This document shows positions 30,801 through 39,891 of a DNA stretch of 64,000 nucleotides, in pieces. Source of the stretch: Gammaproteobacteria bacterium. GTDB lineage: Bacteria > Pseudomonadota > Gammaproteobacteria > S144-34. Below the pieces are notes generated by a model. The model searched no databases and was not told where the DNA came from. It saw nothing but the letters and a program-made list of their open reading frames with translations. Location of the stretch: assembly GCA_026989495.1 (NCBI GenBank), contig JALSJE010000048.1, positions 1,198 to 65,197 of the forward strand, read 5' to 3'. The stretch's first letter is position 1, and each line of letters opens with the position of its first letter. The position numbers and the translations under genes are program-made.

Positions 30801-30955
30801 GCGAGGCCGTGATGATGGTCGCCGGGCGCATGACGCTGGAGCAGGTTGCCGAGGCCATCCACCCGCACCCCACCCAGACCGAGCTCTTCGGCGACCTCGC
30901 CCGGCGGCTGCTCTCGCGCCTGCGCCGCACCGCCCGCGCCCGCGCGCGGAGCTAG
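27839..30955 (+). CDS. fused dihydrolipoamide acyltransferase (E2: two lipoyl domains + catalytic domain) and dihydrolipoyl dehydrogenase (E3)
   Basis: Two lipoyl-lysine sites (ETDKAIMDV, ETDKAVMDV), Ala/Pro linkers, E2 catalytic DHRVVNGAEVAAFL. Continues in frame (no stop, no Met) into E3: VVVIGGGPGG, redox disulfide GGECLWRGCIPSK, C-terminal HPHPTQTE. 1038 aa. Confidence 0.8.
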   Translation: MAERYVIRMPQLSDTMTEGVVVGWQKAIGEKVSRGDVVAQVETDKAIMDVEVFREGYLSGPRAPEGATVPVGEPIAYLVPTPEEVVGEEGTAPPSPEAPAPAPEATPAAEPPAPPQSAAGEGARGDGAVRPPEGVVHVIRMPQLSDTMTEGVVVAWVKQPGDKVARGDVVAQVETDKAVMDVEVFREGYLSGPLAPVDGTVPVGEPIGYLVERPEQVVQGEAAPAAAPAPAAAPAAPPAPARPETPVPAAPAPPAARRPGAPPAPRPTNRYATPYARKLAGELQVNLEHVQGTGPGGVITGDDVLRAQPVARPREAAPLPAPELMPEAQVPGEGRPMTAMERAVARSMTAALTMPTFHATVHARPDALVRGAKRRGVSVTVALAKACAEALRRHPRMNWAYQPVDRIVERAQVDIGMAVAAEDGGLVVPVLRRCEARPLEELHAEWKGLVERARKRRLKPQEYANPTFMISNMGMLNVDWFDAIPTPGTAAILAVATAGERGMPLTITADHRVVNGAEVAAFLNTLRELVERPDDWLAPPGPRIPEGEWDWPVVVIGGGPGGEDCARELAEHGIKVALVNDAPLPGGECLWRGCIPSKTWRAAADRIRDRAHDARLGVLGTARPRLDWKRLEATRREVLETRGAMALKTDKGMKVEVIQGRARFEDAHTLFIDTSHLPEDPHARPGPGDGSEGYRITFGCAVIATGAPPFVPPIPGAREGLETGGVLTSDTVWSLEGPPKRMVVVGGGAIGAEMAQMFQDFGTRVLLLEARSRILAEVEPEIAERLGAVLAADPRLEVHVSVRIESLSGEPGAMKVRWRDAEGKRRTTTCDRVLMATGKRPVLEPLQLDRAGVAVRDGVIAVDDGCRTSVPHIYAVGDANGGYMLAHTAATQGRVAAARILGEPRRYDPDLDCGVIFTRPQAAFVGLDVERARAKGLDPAEVKVPLGIDAKAMITGETEGLIKLVADKASHRIVGVHLLADHADTLIGEAVMMVAGRMTLEQVAEAIHPHPTQTELFGDLARRLLSRLRRTARARARS

Positions 30956-31043
30956 GCTGCCGGAGACGCGAAGCCAGCCTTGGGGCCGTTTTCCTTCCCG
31001 CCTTTGCATGCGCGACGACGCCCGGCCTGGTCGTAATACAGGA

Positions 31044-31316
31044 ATGGCGTCGAATACAAGGATGTCTTACAATTTCGGTGGTGACGATACCGTGACGCGC
31101 GTGATGGAAGCCATACTGTCCAGCAAGTTCCAGCTCGTGATCCCCAAGGCCGTCCGGGATCGATTGGGGCTGAAGCCCGGGCAGCGCATCATCGTCCTCG
31201 AGAAGGGCGGCGTGATCCATCTGGTCCCCGAGCGCTCGCTCGCGGCGCTGCGCGGGATGGCTCGGGGAACGGTGGCGGCGGATGGCGAGCTGCGCGAGAA
31301 GAGGGACCGCTATTGA
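31044..31316 (+). CDS. vapB: type II antitoxin, AbrB/SpoVT (MazE/VapB-like) family
   Basis: C-terminal 70 aa MEAILSSKFQLVIPKAVRDRLGLKPGQRIIV... is a swapped-hairpin AbrB-type domain. Start uncertain (several in-frame ATGs, weak RBS). Stop overlaps the vapC TTG start. Confidence 0.55.
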   Translation: MASNTRMSYNFGGDDTVTRVMEAILSSKFQLVIPKAVRDRLGLKPGQRIIVLEKGGVIHLVPERSLAALRGMARGTVAADGELREKRDRY

Positions 31317-31702
31317 CCGTCGTGGTGGACTCGTGCGGATGGATCGAGTATCTCACGGACGGCCCTCTGGCCCAGTACTATGCCGGGGTGCTGGAGGGCG
31401 ACGAGCCGGTGGCCGTGCCGACGCTCGTCCTCTATGAGGTGTACAAGTTCGTCAAGCGGGTCTCGGGAGAGGAGCGTGCAATGGTAGCCGCCGCCCATCT
31501 GTGCACGTGCACGCTGGTCCCGCTGGACGAGGCGCTGGCGCTGGAGGCGGCCGACGCGGCGCTCGCGCACGGGCTGGCCATGGCGGACGCCACCGTCTAC
31601 GCGACGGCGTGCCGTCTCGGGGCCGAGCTGATCACCTCGGACAAGGACCTGAAGGGGCTGCCGGGCGTGCGTTTCATCGAGGCCGCCCGGAACCCGGGTT
31701 GA
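31313..31702 (+). CDS. vapC: PIN-domain ribonuclease toxin VapC
   Basis: 129 aa. Conserved acidic residues D6 (VVVDS), E40 (LYEVYK), D (TSDKD). TTG start in a TTGA overlap with the antitoxin stop. Local GC is below background. Confidence 0.8.
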   Translation: MTVVVDSCGWIEYLTDGPLAQYYAGVLEGDEPVAVPTLVLYEVYKFVKRVSGEERAMVAAAHLCTCTLVPLDEALALEAADAALAHGLAMADATVYATACRLGAELITSDKDLKGLPGVRFIEAARNPG

Positions 31703-31869
31703 GATGCGTCCCGGTCGCGGGCCGTTCGCTGAGCCGGGCCGTCTTCGCTTGCCTGCCCCCTGGAAGCCGTTGCGCACCGGGCGGCATGGGGGATGACGAA
31801 GCGGGCATCGTCGGCCGTGCTCCGGTGCGGGCTGCATGCCGACGGCGCCCCGGGAGGAGCCGACCGACG

Positions 31870-33081
<1,212 letters not shown>

Positions 33082-33169
33082 GCCCGCTCCTCCCGGCCGC
33101 GCGCGGCGCGTCCGGGGCCTCCCATGGGCATGCCGCGACGCTGAGCGCCGCGGGATGGCCGGGCCGTCC

Positions 33170-33631
33170 TCAGCGCGCCCACAGGCGCGAGACGAGATGG
33201 TCCAGGCTCGCGCGGCCCGCGCCCTGGAACAGGAGGGGCAGCAGCATCACGAGGTAGATGAGCGGCAGCTTCCAGCCGTTGCTGCACACGTTGTAGCCGT
33301 TGTCCGCGTGCACGCTCGTCCACGCCACCACGTCCAGCACGATCAGGGCGAGCGCCCAGAAGCGCGTGCCGAGCCCGAGCACGAGCCCCACCGCGCCGAG
33401 CAGCTCGGTCCACAGGGCGAGCTGCCAGCTCAGCTCCACCGGGACCAGGTTGAAGGGGAAGGGGAAGCTCGCGCGGATCTCCCCGAACCAGTTCTGGCCG
33501 TAGAACTTCTCGACGCCCGACTCCCAGAACTCGTAGGCGAGCAGGAGCCGCAGCCCGAGCTGGGGCAGGAAGGTGCCGATGCGGTCGAGCCAGCCGACCA
33601 CGGTGCAGCCCAGTGAGACGATTCCGCTCAT
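33170..33631 (-). CDS. DoxX family membrane protein (BufD/HvfD-like)
   Basis: 153 aa, 4 TM. DoxX-type LRLLLAYEFWESGVEKF. Start overlaps the DUF2063 stop (ATGA). Confidence 0.8.
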   Translation of the reverse strand: MSGIVSLGCTVVGWLDRIGTFLPQLGLRLLLAYEFWESGVEKFYGQNWFGEIRASFPFPFNLVPVELSWQLALWTELLGAVGLVLGLGTRFWALALIVLDVVAWTSVHADNGYNVCSNGWKLPLIYLVMLLPLLFQGAGRASLDHLVSRLWAR

Positions 33632-34428
33632 CGGTCCTCATCCTCCCGCGACCTCGCCGGTCCTGTGCCGTTCGCGGCGGTGCCGAGCAGCACCTCGGCG
33701 CGGCGCAGCGCCGCCAGCGTGGCGGCCCCTGCCGCCACCGCCCCTTCCGGGTCGGGCAGCCCGAGCGCCTCGGCGGCGCGCCACAGGGCCTCGGCCCCGG
33801 TCAGCCCGGGCTCCGCCTCCAGCAGGGCCAGCAGGCGCTCGGCGGCGGGCGCGGCCTCCATGAAGCGTACCGCCTCCGCGCTGTCGCGCCACACGAGCAG
33901 GTGCACGGGCTGTGGCGCCGGTGCCTCCGGCACCACGTCCGGCCCGATGCGGTGCACGGGCCAGCGGTAGCGCAGGCGCCGCAGCAGCGGGTTGGGCACG
34001 GGGTGGCCGGCGAGCAGGTCGCCCGTCGGATCGAGCCCAGCCGCCGGGAGCTCGCGGGGGTCGTAGGCGACCTCGAGCTCGACCCATTCATAGTGCAGGA
34101 GCTCGCCGAGCCACGGCGGCACCGGCGCGCCGCCTGCGCCCGCGGCCACGAAGCCCACCAGCTCGCGCGGCAGCTTCGGGAAGAGGGGGGTGCGGGCGCG
34201 GTGGCGGGCGAGGAAGGCGCGCACGAGGGCATGCCAGGCCGCATCCCCCAGCGTGGCGCGCGCCACGGGGAAGGCGCCCGCGAGCTGGTCCTCGACGTTG
34301 TTGTAGACCAGCTCGCGGTAGACGGCGATGCGGTCGGCCGGCACTTCCGCGGGCGGGGGGACCCGCTCCGGGTCGCGCAGATGCGCGGCGAAGCGCCGCT
34401 GCAGCTCGGCCAGCCGCCTTTCAGCCAT
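33628..34428 (-). CDS. DUF2063 domain protein (putative DNA-binding-domain fold; MNIO partner BufC/HvfC/TglI-like)
   Basis: N-terminal RRLAELQRRFAAHLRDP...VYRELVYNN is typical of DUF2063. GGGAGG RBS. Starts 2 nt after the DUF692 stop. Confidence 0.8.
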   Translation of the reverse strand: MAERRLAELQRRFAAHLRDPERVPPPAEVPADRIAVYRELVYNNVEDQLAGAFPVARATLGDAAWHALVRAFLARHRARTPLFPKLPRELVGFVAAGAGGAPVPPWLGELLHYEWVELEVAYDPRELPAAGLDPTGDLLAGHPVPNPLLRRLRYRWPVHRIGPDVVPEAPAPQPVHLLVWRDSAEAVRFMEAAPAAERLLALLEAEPGLTGAEALWRAAEALGLPDPEGAVAAGAATLAALRRAEVLLGTAANGTGPARSREDEDR

Positions 34429-35305
34429 GGACGGCCTCCCGGGCGCGGCCACGCTGGCAGGCGCGCACGCGGGCGAGCTCCGCGAGCAGCGTCTCCAGGG
34501 GCGGAATGTCGAAGTCGCGCTCGAGCAGGGTCGGCATCGGGCCGAGGCGCCGGTAGGCGTGCTCGAGCAGGCGCCAGACCGGATCGGGCACCGCCGTGCC
34601 GTGGGTGTCGATGAGGAGATCCGGGCGTTCCACGTAATGGCCGGCCACGTGCAGGTAGGCCACGCGCGCCGGCGGGATGCGGTCGATGTAGGCGTAGGGG
34701 TCGAAGCCGAAGTTGACGCTGTTGACGTGGACGTTGTTCACGTCCAGCAGCAGGTCGCAGTCCGCCTCTTCGAGCACCGCGCAGACGAAATCGACCTCGT
34801 CCATCTCCTGCGCCGGCACGGCGTAGCAGGAGACGTTCTCCACCGCGATGCGCCGGTCCAGGAGGTCCTGCACCCGGCGGATGCGCGCAGCCACGTGATG
34901 CACGGCCTCAGCGGTCCAGGGCAGCGGCAGGAGGTCGTAGAGCTGGCCGCCGTCGGCGCACCAGGCGAGGTGCTCGCTGTAGATCAGGGCCCCGTGGGTG
35001 TCCATGAAGCGGCCCACGGCGCGCACGAAATCCTCCTCCAGCGGGGCGGTGCCCCCCAGGTTGAGGGAGAGCCCATGACAGACGAGGGGCAGGCGCTCGG
35101 TCAGGCTGCGCAGCAGGCGTCCCTGCCTGCCGCCCACGCCGATCCAGTTGTCGGGCGCGAGCTCGAGGAAGTCCGCCTCCAGCCCCGGCCCACGTGCGCG
35201 TTCAGCCGCCTCCTCCAGGAAGGCGCGGCGCAGGCCGAGCCCCGCCCCGCGCAGCCCGGGCGGGACGGCGCTCACATCCCGCCGCCGCACTTGCCTTCGC
35301 CGCAT
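34421..35305 (-). CDS. DUF692 / MNIO family (multinuclear non-heme iron oxidative enzyme; MbnB/TglH/BufB-like), TIM-barrel
   Basis: GLGLRRAFLEE...LELAPDNWIG...VCHGLSLNLGG...IYSEHLAWC...IAVENVSCY...AYLHVAGHY are the conserved DUF692 blocks. Start is either ATG 35305 (AGGAAGG RBS, 33-nt overlap with precursor) or GTG in an ATGTGA overlap with the precursor stop. Confidence 0.85.
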   Translation of the reverse strand: MRRRQVRRRDVSAVPPGLRGAGLGLRRAFLEEAAERARGPGLEADFLELAPDNWIGVGGRQGRLLRSLTERLPLVCHGLSLNLGGTAPLEEDFVRAVGRFMDTHGALIYSEHLAWCADGGQLYDLLPLPWTAEAVHHVAARIRRVQDLLDRRIAVENVSCYAVPAQEMDEVDFVCAVLEEADCDLLLDVNNVHVNSVNFGFDPYAYIDRIPPARVAYLHVAGHYVERPDLLIDTHGTAVPDPVWRLLEHAYRRLGPMPTLLERDFDIPPLETLLAELARVRACQRGRAREAVHG

Positions 35306-35640
35306 CGGCCTTCCTTCTTGGCCTTCTGCGGCGCGGCGCCGCCCTTCATGCCGGCGCAGGTGCCTTCCTTGCCGCCCTTGGACGTGCCGTCATTGCCCTT
35401 CATGCCGGCGCAGGTGCCTTCCTTGCCGCCCTTGGCCGAGTCGTCCTTGCTCTTCATGCCGGCGCACTGCCCCTCCTTGGCGCCCTTCCGCATGCCGGCG
35501 CAGCTACCTTCGGATCCCTTGCCGGCCACCATGTAGCCGCCTGGCAGCTCCTGGACCGCGAAGGGGTTGCCGGCCGCCTGGGCCCCGGTGCCCGCCGCCA
35601 GCGCCGCGCCCACGGCTGCCGCCAGCGCCCCCCGGCGCAT
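35272..35640 (-). CDS. secreted Cys-repeat RiPP precursor peptide (EGxCAGMK x4 + EGRCGEGKCGGGM); bufferin/HvfA-like
   Basis: 122 aa. Sec signal MRRGALAAAVGAALAAGTGAQAAG. Core has four EG(S/Q/T)CAGM(K/R) repeats and a terminal EGRCGEGKCG (6 Cys). 54-nt DNA tandem repeats. GGAGG RBS 6 nt before ATG. Sits directly upstream of MNIO/DUF2063/DoxX. Confidence 0.75.
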   Translation of the reverse strand: MRRGALAAAVGAALAAGTGAQAAGNPFAVQELPGGYMVAGKGSEGSCAGMRKGAKEGQCAGMKSKDDSAKGGKEGTCAGMKGNDGTSKGGKEGTCAGMKGGAAPQKAKKEGRCGEGKCGGGM

Positions 35641-35780
35641 CGTCGCCTCCACCCGGCCGTTCCTGCTCGTGTGGGTCTTCTCTCTGGCCATGCGTGCCAC
35701 TCCTTCTTTGCCTCGCCGCCTTGTCTTCGTTTGCGCAGGGCCGGAAGGGACGGCGGCTTCAGCCCCGCTCCGGCTCTTGC

Positions 35781-36251
35781 TCAGACATCGCTCGCCCGGG
35801 ATGGTTCGTCCGCCGCCCGTCCGCGCGCGAGCGCCTGCACGCAGCGCAGGTAGGCGGTCTCGTCGGGCGCGCGTCCCGCGCGCTGGGCGCGCCACAGGGC
35901 CTCGACCAGGCAGTCCATGATGCGGTGCTCGGCCTCGTGCGCGCTGCCGGCCCGCCGCACCAGGGCGGCGTAGGCGGCACGGAAGCCCCCCGGGCGGTCG
36001 GTTGCGGCCTGCTCGCGAATGGCGAGGTGCAGGCCCATGTGCAGGAAGGGGTTGGTCTCGCCGAGCTCCGGGAGGTACTCGCGCCCGAGGGCCGCCTCCT
36101 CCTGCTCGAGCAGGGCGTGGTACTCCGGATGCTCGGCGATCACGGCCGCCACCTCGCGCGCCAGGGGCTCGAGCGGCTCGCCCGCGCGGTGGCGGCGCCA
36201 GGCCTCGCAGTAGTAGCGTCGCAGGGCGTCGCGGTCCCGGGTGAAGAGCAT
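35781..36251 (-). CDS. DUF1841 family protein
   Basis: MLFTRDRDALRRYYCEAWRRHRAGEPLEPLE... matches the DUF1841 N-terminus. Internal Met start chosen. Confidence 0.6.
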   Translation of the reverse strand: MLFTRDRDALRRYYCEAWRRHRAGEPLEPLAREVAAVIAEHPEYHALLEQEEAALGREYLPELGETNPFLHMGLHLAIREQAATDRPGGFRAAYAALVRRAGSAHEAEHRIMDCLVEALWRAQRAGRAPDETAYLRCVQALARGRAADEPSRASDV

Positions 36252-36326
36252 GGGCGACCCTCGACCTTGCGCCGTGCCCAGTGTAGCGTGGCCGGGCGCC
36301 GGATGGACCCCCTTCACCCTGCGGGT

Positions 36327-37022
36327 TCAGCCCCCGGCGGCCCGGCGCCGGGCCGTAGGCTTGCCGGCCTGCGCGCCTTCCTTGCCTTCCCACTCGCACA
36401 GCTCCCGGATCACGCAGGCCTGGCAGCGGGGCTTGCGTGCCGTGCACACGTAGCGCCCGTGCAGGATGAGCCAGTGATGGGCGTTGCGGCGGAAGGCCTC
36501 GGGCACGATGCGCTCGAGGCCCTTCTCGACCTCCAGCGGCGTGCGCCCGGGTGCGAGCCCGGTGCGGTTGGCGACGCGGAAGATGTGGGTGTCCACGGCG
36601 ATGGTGGGCTCGCCGAAGGCGGTGTTGAGGACCACGTTGGCGGTCTTGCGGCCCACGCCCGGCAGGGCCTCGAGGGCGGCGCGGTCGCGCGGGACGCGCC
36701 CGCCGTGGCGCTCGACCAGGATGCGTGAGGCCGCGACGATGTTGCGCGCCTTGGTGTTGTAGAGGCCGATCGAGCGGATGTGGCGCCTTAGCCCCGCCTC
36801 GCCCAGGCGCAGCATGTCCTGCGGTTTGCGCACCTTGCGGAACAGGGCGCGGGTAGCCTCGTTCACGGCCCGGTCGGTGGACTGGGCCGAGAGGATCACG
36901 GCCACCAGGAGCTGGTAGGCGTTGCCGTAGCTGAGCTCCGTGCGCGGCTCCGGATTGGCCGCGCGCAGCCGCTCGAAGATGCGCCGCGCCTTCCTGCGGT
37001 CCACCGGCGCGGCCCGCCTCAC
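36327..37022 (-). CDS. nth: endonuclease III (DNA glycosylase/AP lyase)
   Basis: HhH-GPD (LPGVGRKTANVVL), catalytic K/D, [4Fe-4S] C-x6-C-x2-C-x5-C (CTARKPRCQACVIRELC). GTG start in a GTGA overlap with the upstream ORF stop. Downstream of the rnf operon as in E. coli. Confidence 0.9.
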   Translation of the reverse strand: MRRAAPVDRRKARRIFERLRAANPEPRTELSYGNAYQLLVAVILSAQSTDRAVNEATRALFRKVRKPQDMLRLGEAGLRRHIRSIGLYNTKARNIVAASRILVERHGGRVPRDRAALEALPGVGRKTANVVLNTAFGEPTIAVDTHIFRVANRTGLAPGRTPLEVEKGLERIVPEAFRRNAHHWLILHGRYVCTARKPRCQACVIRELCEWEGKEGAQAGKPTARRRAAGG

Positions 37023-37456
37023 ATGTGGCGGAAGCGACCCACCTCCGGCGCCGGCGGGGGAGGGTTCGACCGCGCCTCCTCGTCGAGCTCGCGCACCAGC
37101 CGCTCGTGCGCCTCCTCCAGGGCCTTGCGCTGTGCCTCGTCGAGCCTGGGCAGGATGAGGTCGCGGATGAGGTCGCCGAGGTCGGCCATGGCCTCGGCCC
37201 AGTGCTTGCCCTGCAGGTGGAAGCTGTGGCGGGCATGCTGGCCGTAGGGATAGGACGCGAAATCGACGCCCTTGGCCGCACGCAGGTCGGGATCTTCCAT
37301 GACCCGCTCCTTTGCCCAGTCGTACCACCACCGGTAGTAGCGCTCCTGGAGCGCCTCGCTCCAGCGGTGGCGCTCGAAGAAGGCGCCGATGGTCATGCGC
37401 GGCGCGAGACCGTAGCGCACGCCGCGCCGGGCCACGAAGGGTAGGTGTCCAGCCAT
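37019..37456 (-). CDS. hypothetical protein
   Basis: 145-aa ORF with strong GGAGGA RBS. Stop overlaps the nth start. No family recognised. Confidence 0.45.
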   Translation of the reverse strand: MAGHLPFVARRGVRYGLAPRMTIGAFFERHRWSEALQERYYRWWYDWAKERVMEDPDLRAAKGVDFASYPYGQHARHSFHLQGKHWAEAMADLGDLIRDLILPRLDEAQRKALEEAHERLVRELDEEARSNPPPPAPEVGRFRHM

Positions 37457-37531
37457 GGTGTCCTCCGCTAACCGTGGATTGTCGGCAGGTCGGGCTCCAC
37501 CGCTCCTCGAGGCGGGGAGGGAGCCCGAGGC

Positions 37532-38215
37532 TCAGGCGCTCCCATGGCCATGGGCGTGCACGGGCACGGCCACGGAGCGCCGCCCGCGCCGGGTGTCGAT
37601 GACGTTCTTGAGCGCGATCAGCAGGCCAAGGCCGATGAAGGCGCCCGGCGGCAGCACCGCCACCAGGAAGCCGCGGTAGCCCTGGATGATCTCGAGCCGC
37701 AGCCCCTCTCCCAGGGGGCCGAGCAGGAGCTCGGCGTGGTCGAGCAGGGTGCCGTGGCCGGCGAGCTCACGCAGCGCCCCCAGGGCGACGAGCACGCCGG
37801 TGAAGCCCAGCCCCATCATGAGGCCGTCGAGCACGGCGGCCGGCACGGGGTTGCGCGAGGCGAAGGCCTCGGCCCGGCCCATGATGGCGCAGTTGGTGAC
37901 GATGAGGGGGATGAAGATGCCGAGCACCTTGTAGAGGTCGTGGAGCCAGGCGCTCATCAGGAGCTCGATGATGGTCACCGTGCAGGCGATGACCAGCACG
38001 AAGACCGGGATGCGGATCTCGGGGCGCACGAGGCCGCGCACGGCCGAGACGGTCAGGCCCGAGACGACGAGCGTGGCCGTGGTGGCGAGCCCCAGCCCGA
38101 GCCCGTTCACCACGCTCGAGGTGACGGCGAGCAGCGGGCACAGCCCGAGGAGCTGCACCAGTCCCGGGTTGTTGCGCCACAGCCCTTCGGCCGCGATGTC
38201 CCGCCAGCGGCTCAC
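37532..38215 (-). CDS. rnfE: electron transport complex subunit RnfE/RsxE
   Basis: 227 aa polytopic membrane protein. High similarity to RnfE ([21 protein letters not shown]). Confidence 0.9.
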   Translation of the reverse strand: MSRWRDIAAEGLWRNNPGLVQLLGLCPLLAVTSSVVNGLGLGLATTATLVVSGLTVSAVRGLVRPEIRIPVFVLVIACTVTIIELLMSAWLHDLYKVLGIFIPLIVTNCAIMGRAEAFASRNPVPAAVLDGLMMGLGFTGVLVALGALRELAGHGTLLDHAELLLGPLGEGLRLEIIQGYRGFLVAVLPPGAFIGLGLLIALKNVIDTRRGRRSVAVPVHAHGHGSA

Positions 38216-38216
38216 G

Positions 38217-38870
38217 TCAGGATGCCTCCTCTTCGCCCTCGCCCGACGCCGGCGCCGCGAACAGCGCCTCGCGGTGGTGCCGGAAGTATATCAGGGCGTT
38301 GCGCACCGCTTTCACCACGGCCCGTGGGGTGATGGTGGCACCCGTGAACTGGTCGAAGTCGCCCCCGTCGCGACGCACGCGCCAGCGCTCGAGCGGCGGC
38401 TTGCCGAGCGACTTGCCGGTGAAGCCCAGGATCCAGTCCGACTTCTCCGCCTCGATGGCATCGCCCAGACCCGGCGTCTCCTGATGCGCGAGCACCCGCA
38501 CTCCGGCGAGGGTGCCGTCGGCATAGATGCCGACGATGAGGCGGATGCGTCCGTTGTAGCCGTCGGGGGCCTCGGGGGTGAGGACCACCCCCACGGGGCG
38601 GCCGCCGCGGCGGGCGCGGTAGACGGTGACCGGACGGCGGGTGCCCAGCAGCTCGGGGTCGGTGACCGCGATGCGGTCGGCGAGGAGGTCGTTGTCGTGG
38701 CGCCAGGGCGGCATGACCGCATGCAGCGCGCGTTCCAGCACCGCACGCTCGCTGGCGGCGATGCGCTCGCGCGTGAGGGCGTGCGTGAGCGCGACCAGTC
38801 CGGTGCCCACCATGGCGAAAAGGCCGAGGAGCAGGGCCGAGAGGGCGGCGTTGCGGGCACCCGCATCCAC
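38217..38870 (-). CDS. rnfG: electron transport complex subunit RnfG/RsxG (FMN-binding)
   Basis: 217 aa. N-terminal TM anchor. FMN-binding domain with [10 protein letters not shown] (covalent FMN Thr). Confidence 0.9.
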   Translation of the reverse strand: MDAGARNAALSALLLGLFAMVGTGLVALTHALTRERIAASERAVLERALHAVMPPWRHDNDLLADRIAVTDPELLGTRRPVTVYRARRGGRPVGVVLTPEAPDGYNGRIRLIVGIYADGTLAGVRVLAHQETPGLGDAIEAEKSDWILGFTGKSLGKPPLERWRVRRDGGDFDQFTGATITPRAVVKAVRNALIYFRHHREALFAAPASGEGEEEAS

Positions 38871-38871
38871 C

Positions 38872-39891
38872 TCAGCGGCCCTCCCCGAAGGCGCGCGGGC
38901 GGGTGAGCTGGTCCAGGGTCGGCGCGGCCATGTTCATGAGCAGCACCGCGAAGGCTACGCCGTCCGGGTAGCCCCCGAAGGTCCGGATGAGAAAGGTGAG
39001 GAGCCCGGCGCCCGCGCCGTAGAGGAGCCGTCCCCGGGGGGTGGTGGCGGCGGTCACCGGATCGGTGGCGATGAAGAATGCGCCCAGCATGGCCCCGCCG
39101 CTCAGGAGGTGGAACAGGGGGGAGGGGTGGCCGTCCGGATCGAGGCCCCAGGCGACCATCGCCGGCAGGGCGAGCCCGGCGGCGAAGGCGGAGGGGATGC
39201 GCCAGTCGATGGCGCGCCGCCAGGCGAGCCACAGGCCACCGGCGAGATAGCCCCCGGCCACCCATTCCCAGCCCTTCCCGCCGAAGCGGCCCATCACCGG
39301 CTCGGCCCCGAGCTCGGTGAGGGTGCGGTTCATGGCGAGGCCCGTGCGCACGTGGTCGAGCGGCGTGGCCGCGGTGAGGGCATCGGGCAGTTGGGCGCCG
39401 CCGAAGATCAGGCCCAGGGCCATGTCCAGGCCGGGCGGGGCGGCCAGCGCGTGCGGCGCGGGCCACTGGGTGAGCTCGCGCGGGAAGGCGATGAGCGCCA
39501 CCACGTAGCCCACCATGGCCGGATTGAAAGGGTTGTAGCCCAGGCCCCCGTAGAGGTGCTTGGCCAGCACCACGGCGCTCAGCACCGCGACGGTGGTCAG
39601 CCACCAGGGCGCATAGGGCGGCAGCGCCAGCGCCAGCAGCGCGGCCGTCACCAGCACGCTGCCGTCGGCGAGGGCCCGTCTTGCGGGGCGGCGCCGCAGG
39701 ACGAGCACGGCGGCCTCGGCCGCGAGCGCGAGCGCCGCCGCGAGCAGGAGCTGCACCACCACGCCCCAGCCGAAGTGCCAGGCCTGGAGCGCCGCCCCCG
39801 GGGCGAGCGCGTAGAGCACGCGCCGCATGAGGGCAGGGACGCTGTCGCGCGGCGGCAGGTGCGGGGAGGTGGCGGTCTCGAAGCGCCTCAT
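38872..39891 (-). CDS. rnfD: electron transport complex subunit RnfD/RsxD
   Basis: 339 aa, NqrB-like membrane protein (GYNPFNPAMVGYVV, TGATPL-like). ATG overlaps the rnfC stop. Confidence 0.9.
   Translation of the reverse strand: MRRFETATSPHLPPRDSVPALMRRVLYALAPGAALQAWHFGWGVVVQLLLAAALALAAEAAVLVLRRRPARRALADGSVLVTAALLALALPPYAPWWLTTVAVLSAVVLAKHLYGGLGYNPFNPAMVGYVVALIAFPRELTQWPAPHALAAPPGLDMALGLIFGGAQLPDALTAATPLDHVRTGLAMNRTLTELGAEPVMGRFGGKGWEWVAGGYLAGGLWLAWRRAIDWRIPSAFAAGLALPAMVAWGLDPDGHPSPLFHLLSGGAMLGAFFIATDPVTAATTPRGRLLYGAGAGLLTFLIRTFGGYPDGVAFAVLLMNMAAPTLDQLTRPRAFGEGR

Noticed and set aside
35330-35510. Tandem direct repeats (54-bp period) that could suggest a CRISPR-like or VNTR array
   Set aside because: They lie inside the precursor-peptide CDS and encode the EGxCAGMK peptide repeats. 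There are no spacers or cas genes.
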